From Amoebophrya sp. A120 (lineage: Eukaryota; Protista; Dinoflagellata): a DNA stretch of 64,000 nucleotides. Where the stretch lies: the NCBI GenBank assembly GCA_905178155.1, contig CAJINV010000001.1:7547506-7611505 (forward strand), read 5' to 3'. The notes beneath the pieces were generated by a model. It was given only the letters and a program-made list of their open reading frames with translations. It searched no databases and was not told the origin of the DNA. The position numbers and the translations under genes are program-made. Of the stretch, positions 61,336 to 64,000 are shown one piece after another; position 1 is the first letter of the stretch; each line of letters begins with the position of its first letter.

Positions 61336-61862
61336 CGCTCGACCACTCTGACGAGAAAAAAAAATGGGGCTTGGATTCGTTCATTGTTTTCGGTCACAAA
61401 TAAACTACTTGAAACTCAATAGCGAAGGATCGTTCCGGTTCGGTTGTTGGAATCCAAGATGAAAATGCATATTGCAACAGTGCCTTCGGTGTCGTGCGCA
61501 CTATTACACACAGCAATAGTTAGAGTTGGCCAATGCGTATCTCTTGCACATCTGTACCACATCGGCTCGTCTTCGTTTGCATCAGCTCGACGTCTAAATG
61601 TAATTAAGTAGCCAGATTCTTTGCCGGACTTTGACGCGCGTGTGAGTAGGGCAACAAGCAACATTCCTGCAGGCCCCAAGCGGTATACGTAGACATCTTC
61701 TGAGACGAAATGCAAATTAAATTATATGATGAATTTAAGTCGGAAAGTGGCCTGATTTGATCGCTCAACCGAATCTGGAGTACAGTTTTTGAAGCTTTGT
61801 TGCGGCTGAAATTCTTGTTTGCGGAAAATATAGTTTAGGATATACAAGTGTGGAGCAGCGTC

Positions 61863-64000
61863 ATGGCAGACCTGCCGGAGGGAACAGACGCCAACATGGC
61901 CGCAGTGGAAGAAGAAGAGACAAGCTCGGAGTCCGAGACTTCCACATCGTTACACGCAACAGAGCCGACGCCGGAAGCGACGGAAGCAGCATATGCAGAA
62001 AGTGTTTATGTCGACGACGGAAGAGATGGCATCGGCAGTGCTGCGTCCGCGAAGGCCGTGCGGCTTGCCAGGGACAACTTCACTGCAATGATGCAAAGTG
62101 GGGTTGACTCGGGGGAGTACGTAGCAGCAATTAAGGCAATCGAGCTCGACGCGTGTTTTGAAGACCTGCGGAAGTTGCTCTTGGATTACGAAGAAGAGGC
62201 GCACCGCCTCGCATCTGAGGAGTATAATCGAGCTCGAGCCAGCGCCGACCCCCGGCTTTTGCCGCTCACCACAGTCGGAATCGAGCGGCTGGGCAGCGAA
62301 CTCAACGCGGAACAGGTGGCGCCTTGGCTCTGGAAATTGCGCGAGCTGCTGACGAAGATTGTCAGTAAAAGCATGCCCCTTCAACGGATCTACTGGGACC
62401 CGGAGACAGGAGTTCTGTGCGACTGGCAGCGGCGCGCCCGTTTTTTTGCGGACTACCGTGAGGATGCGCGCGGCCGTGAGCGGTGGCCGGTAGACTTTCC
62501 CTACCACCGGCTCGGAAACCTGTATTATCTGTTAGCCAGCGGTGCTATGGGCCCGGTGCTCGATTTCCTCGCGCGCCCGGCGCCCGGGGATTCGGCCGCA
62601 GCGGGCTGTAGCGATGCCACGTCCGGCGAGCGCCGCTTTTTGATCGTGAAGCGAGTAGCCGCCGTCTTTACATACCACAGCCTCCGTGTGGACGACGCCG
62701 CCTATTTTTCAGAGGAGTATGCCAGTGGAAGCCCGCAGCTCGATATTGATGTGGCAAGCATTTTGACACTCCCATTTCCAGCGATTGGCGTTGCGCTGGC
62801 TCGGGGAGACTATAACGCGGTTGAGCTTCTGGAAAAGCTGGGGGCAAGCGTTGCGCCGAAGAGACTCGTTCGTGACGTCGATCCCATGAATGAAGACGAT
62901 TTCGTCTATGGATCCGGGCGTGACGTGCGAAATGCGTCCGTATACGGCGTACTGGTGCGGCTACTAAATAGACAGACGAGGCGCGACTGGTTGGCCGCCC
63001 ATGGGCCCGGTCGGGGTAGCACTTTGCTGAAAGCCATGGAGTATATCAGTTCCAAGGACGACGAGATGCGCAGAAAACAAAGAGAAAGCGCCAAGCGACC
63101 GGACGCGCAGACACAGGAGCGGAGTTTGGACAGGGCTGTTATCCAATTAGACGAAAGCGGTTTGATGGAGCTACCACTCAGGGGCCACGACGAAATTTGG
63201 CACAACATGGCGACGGACACCTACTCCCTTGACGGTTTTCTTGCCTATATGGATACATTCAAGCTGGACATCAACAAGCCCGACCCCTCCCACTTCGGGC
63301 GCGGGCACATCATCGGGCACTTCGTGGGCCGCCCCTTAAATTTTCTCCAGCTGATGCGACGGGGCGCGCGCTGCCCTGCTGAGCTGAACGGCACAGAAAG
63401 CCTGCGCGACATTGCGGCGGACAGCCAGAACATCCACCATAGCACTGTCATGACTGGGCGGCTTACGCAATGCTGGGCGCAAGCGCAGCGATTTATCGAC
63501 AGCCACAGGAAAGACCACGCGAAGGATTGCAGTGTGGCGCCGGTAGAGGTGCAGGAAGTTTTGCAAGACAGAATAGCGAAGTTGACAAACGCAGACTTTG
63601 ACCAGCTGAAAGACGCCGAGCCGAAGGCCCGAGTGCTGCCGGACCTTGCCGCAATGCAGCGGTGTCTGCGGTCGCAGCTACAGCGTTTGGTAGGGCGCAG
63701 AGAGATGCTTGGCGACGAACAAAAGAAAGACCCGTTCAGAAGCGGCGAGTTTGGTCTTCAGCTAGTTTACAACTTTTTGCGACTACGACTGTCGTCAGAT
63801 GATCCGGTGAAGCCGATCTTGTGCGCCCTGCTCCAGTCCGGAAATGAATACGGGCTGGGTGCGCAGTCCTGTGACCCGCAGCGAATGATCCTCGCGATTC
63901 TCTTGGGGAGGACGGACGGTCTGGAGAGCTCCGACGCAGAGGATGGAGAAGGCGCAAGAGCGAGGGGCAGCGGCGCCAGAGAGTACGAGGAAGCGCTGGC
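61863..64000 (+). CDS. Hypothetical protein, 3'-partial (runs off the window, so absent from the ORF track)
   Basis: Hand translation from ATG 61863 (MADLPEGTDANMAAVEEEE...) stays open to 64000; ankyrin-like ALARGDYNAVELLEKLGA and a DSQNIHHSTV motif. Confidence 0.8.
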   Translation, partial: MADLPEGTDANMAAVEEEETSSESETSTSLHATEPTPEATEAAYAESVYVDDGRDGIGSAASAKAVRLARDNFTAMMQSGVDSGEYVAAIKAIELDACFEDLRKLLLDYEEEAHRLASEEYNRARASADPRLLPLTTVGIERLGSELNAEQVAPWLWKLRELLTKIVSKSMPLQRIYWDPETGVLCDWQRRARFFADYREDARGRERWPVDFPYHRLGNLYYLLASGAMGPVLDFLARPAPGDSAAAGCSDATSGERRFLIVKRVAAVFTYHSLRVDDAAYFSEEYASGSPQLDIDVASILTLPFPAIGVALARGDYNAVELLEKLGASVAPKRLVRDVDPMNEDDFVYGSGRDVRNASVYGVLVRLLNRQTRRDWLAAHGPGRGSTLLKAMEYISSKDDEMRRKQRESAKRPDAQTQERSLDRAVIQLDESGLMELPLRGHDEIWHNMATDTYSLDGFLAYMDTFKLDINKPDPSHFGRGHIIGHFVGRPLNFLQLMRRGARCPAELNGTESLRDIAADSQNIHHSTVMTGRLTQCWAQAQRFIDSHRKDHAKDCSVAPVEVQEVLQDRIAKLTNADFDQLKDAEPKARVLPDLAAMQRCLRSQLQRLVGRREMLGDEQKKDPFRSGEFGLQLVYNFLRLRLSSDDPVKPILCALLQSGNEYGLGAQSCDPQRMILAILLGRTDGLESSDAEDGEGARARGSGAREYEEAL

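Overview
Eukaryotic protist DNA. About 20 protein-coding genes lie on the + strand and none credible on the - strand. They carry short introns (about 90-330 nt), and there is one 290-nt assembly gap. Gene content includes alpha-tubulin, CFAP58, a BT1 folate/biopterin transporter, a CDP-alcohol phosphotransferase, two amidases, two RING-TRAF paralogues, a ubiquilin-like protein and secreted Cys-rich proteins. The unidirectional layout and the non-canonical repeat-bounded introns point to a dinoflagellate-lineage alveolate, most like Amoebophrya (inference, not checked). The main signal is five 251-322 bp insertions from three sequence families that interrupt coding exons of three genes. All have TAT...ATA-ended terminal inverted repeats and 5-bp target-site duplications (TSDs). 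The reading frame is restored only by removing the element plus one TSD copy, and no GT-AG register does this, so they look like structure-defined introners or DNA-level excised elements. Also found: a short retroposon-like family with 16-bp TSDs, a 27-aa Met/Lys micro-ORF resembling a DVNP tail, a palindromic satellite bracketed by inverted repeats, and several genes missed by the ORF track. All gene models were spliced by eye, without transcript evidence.
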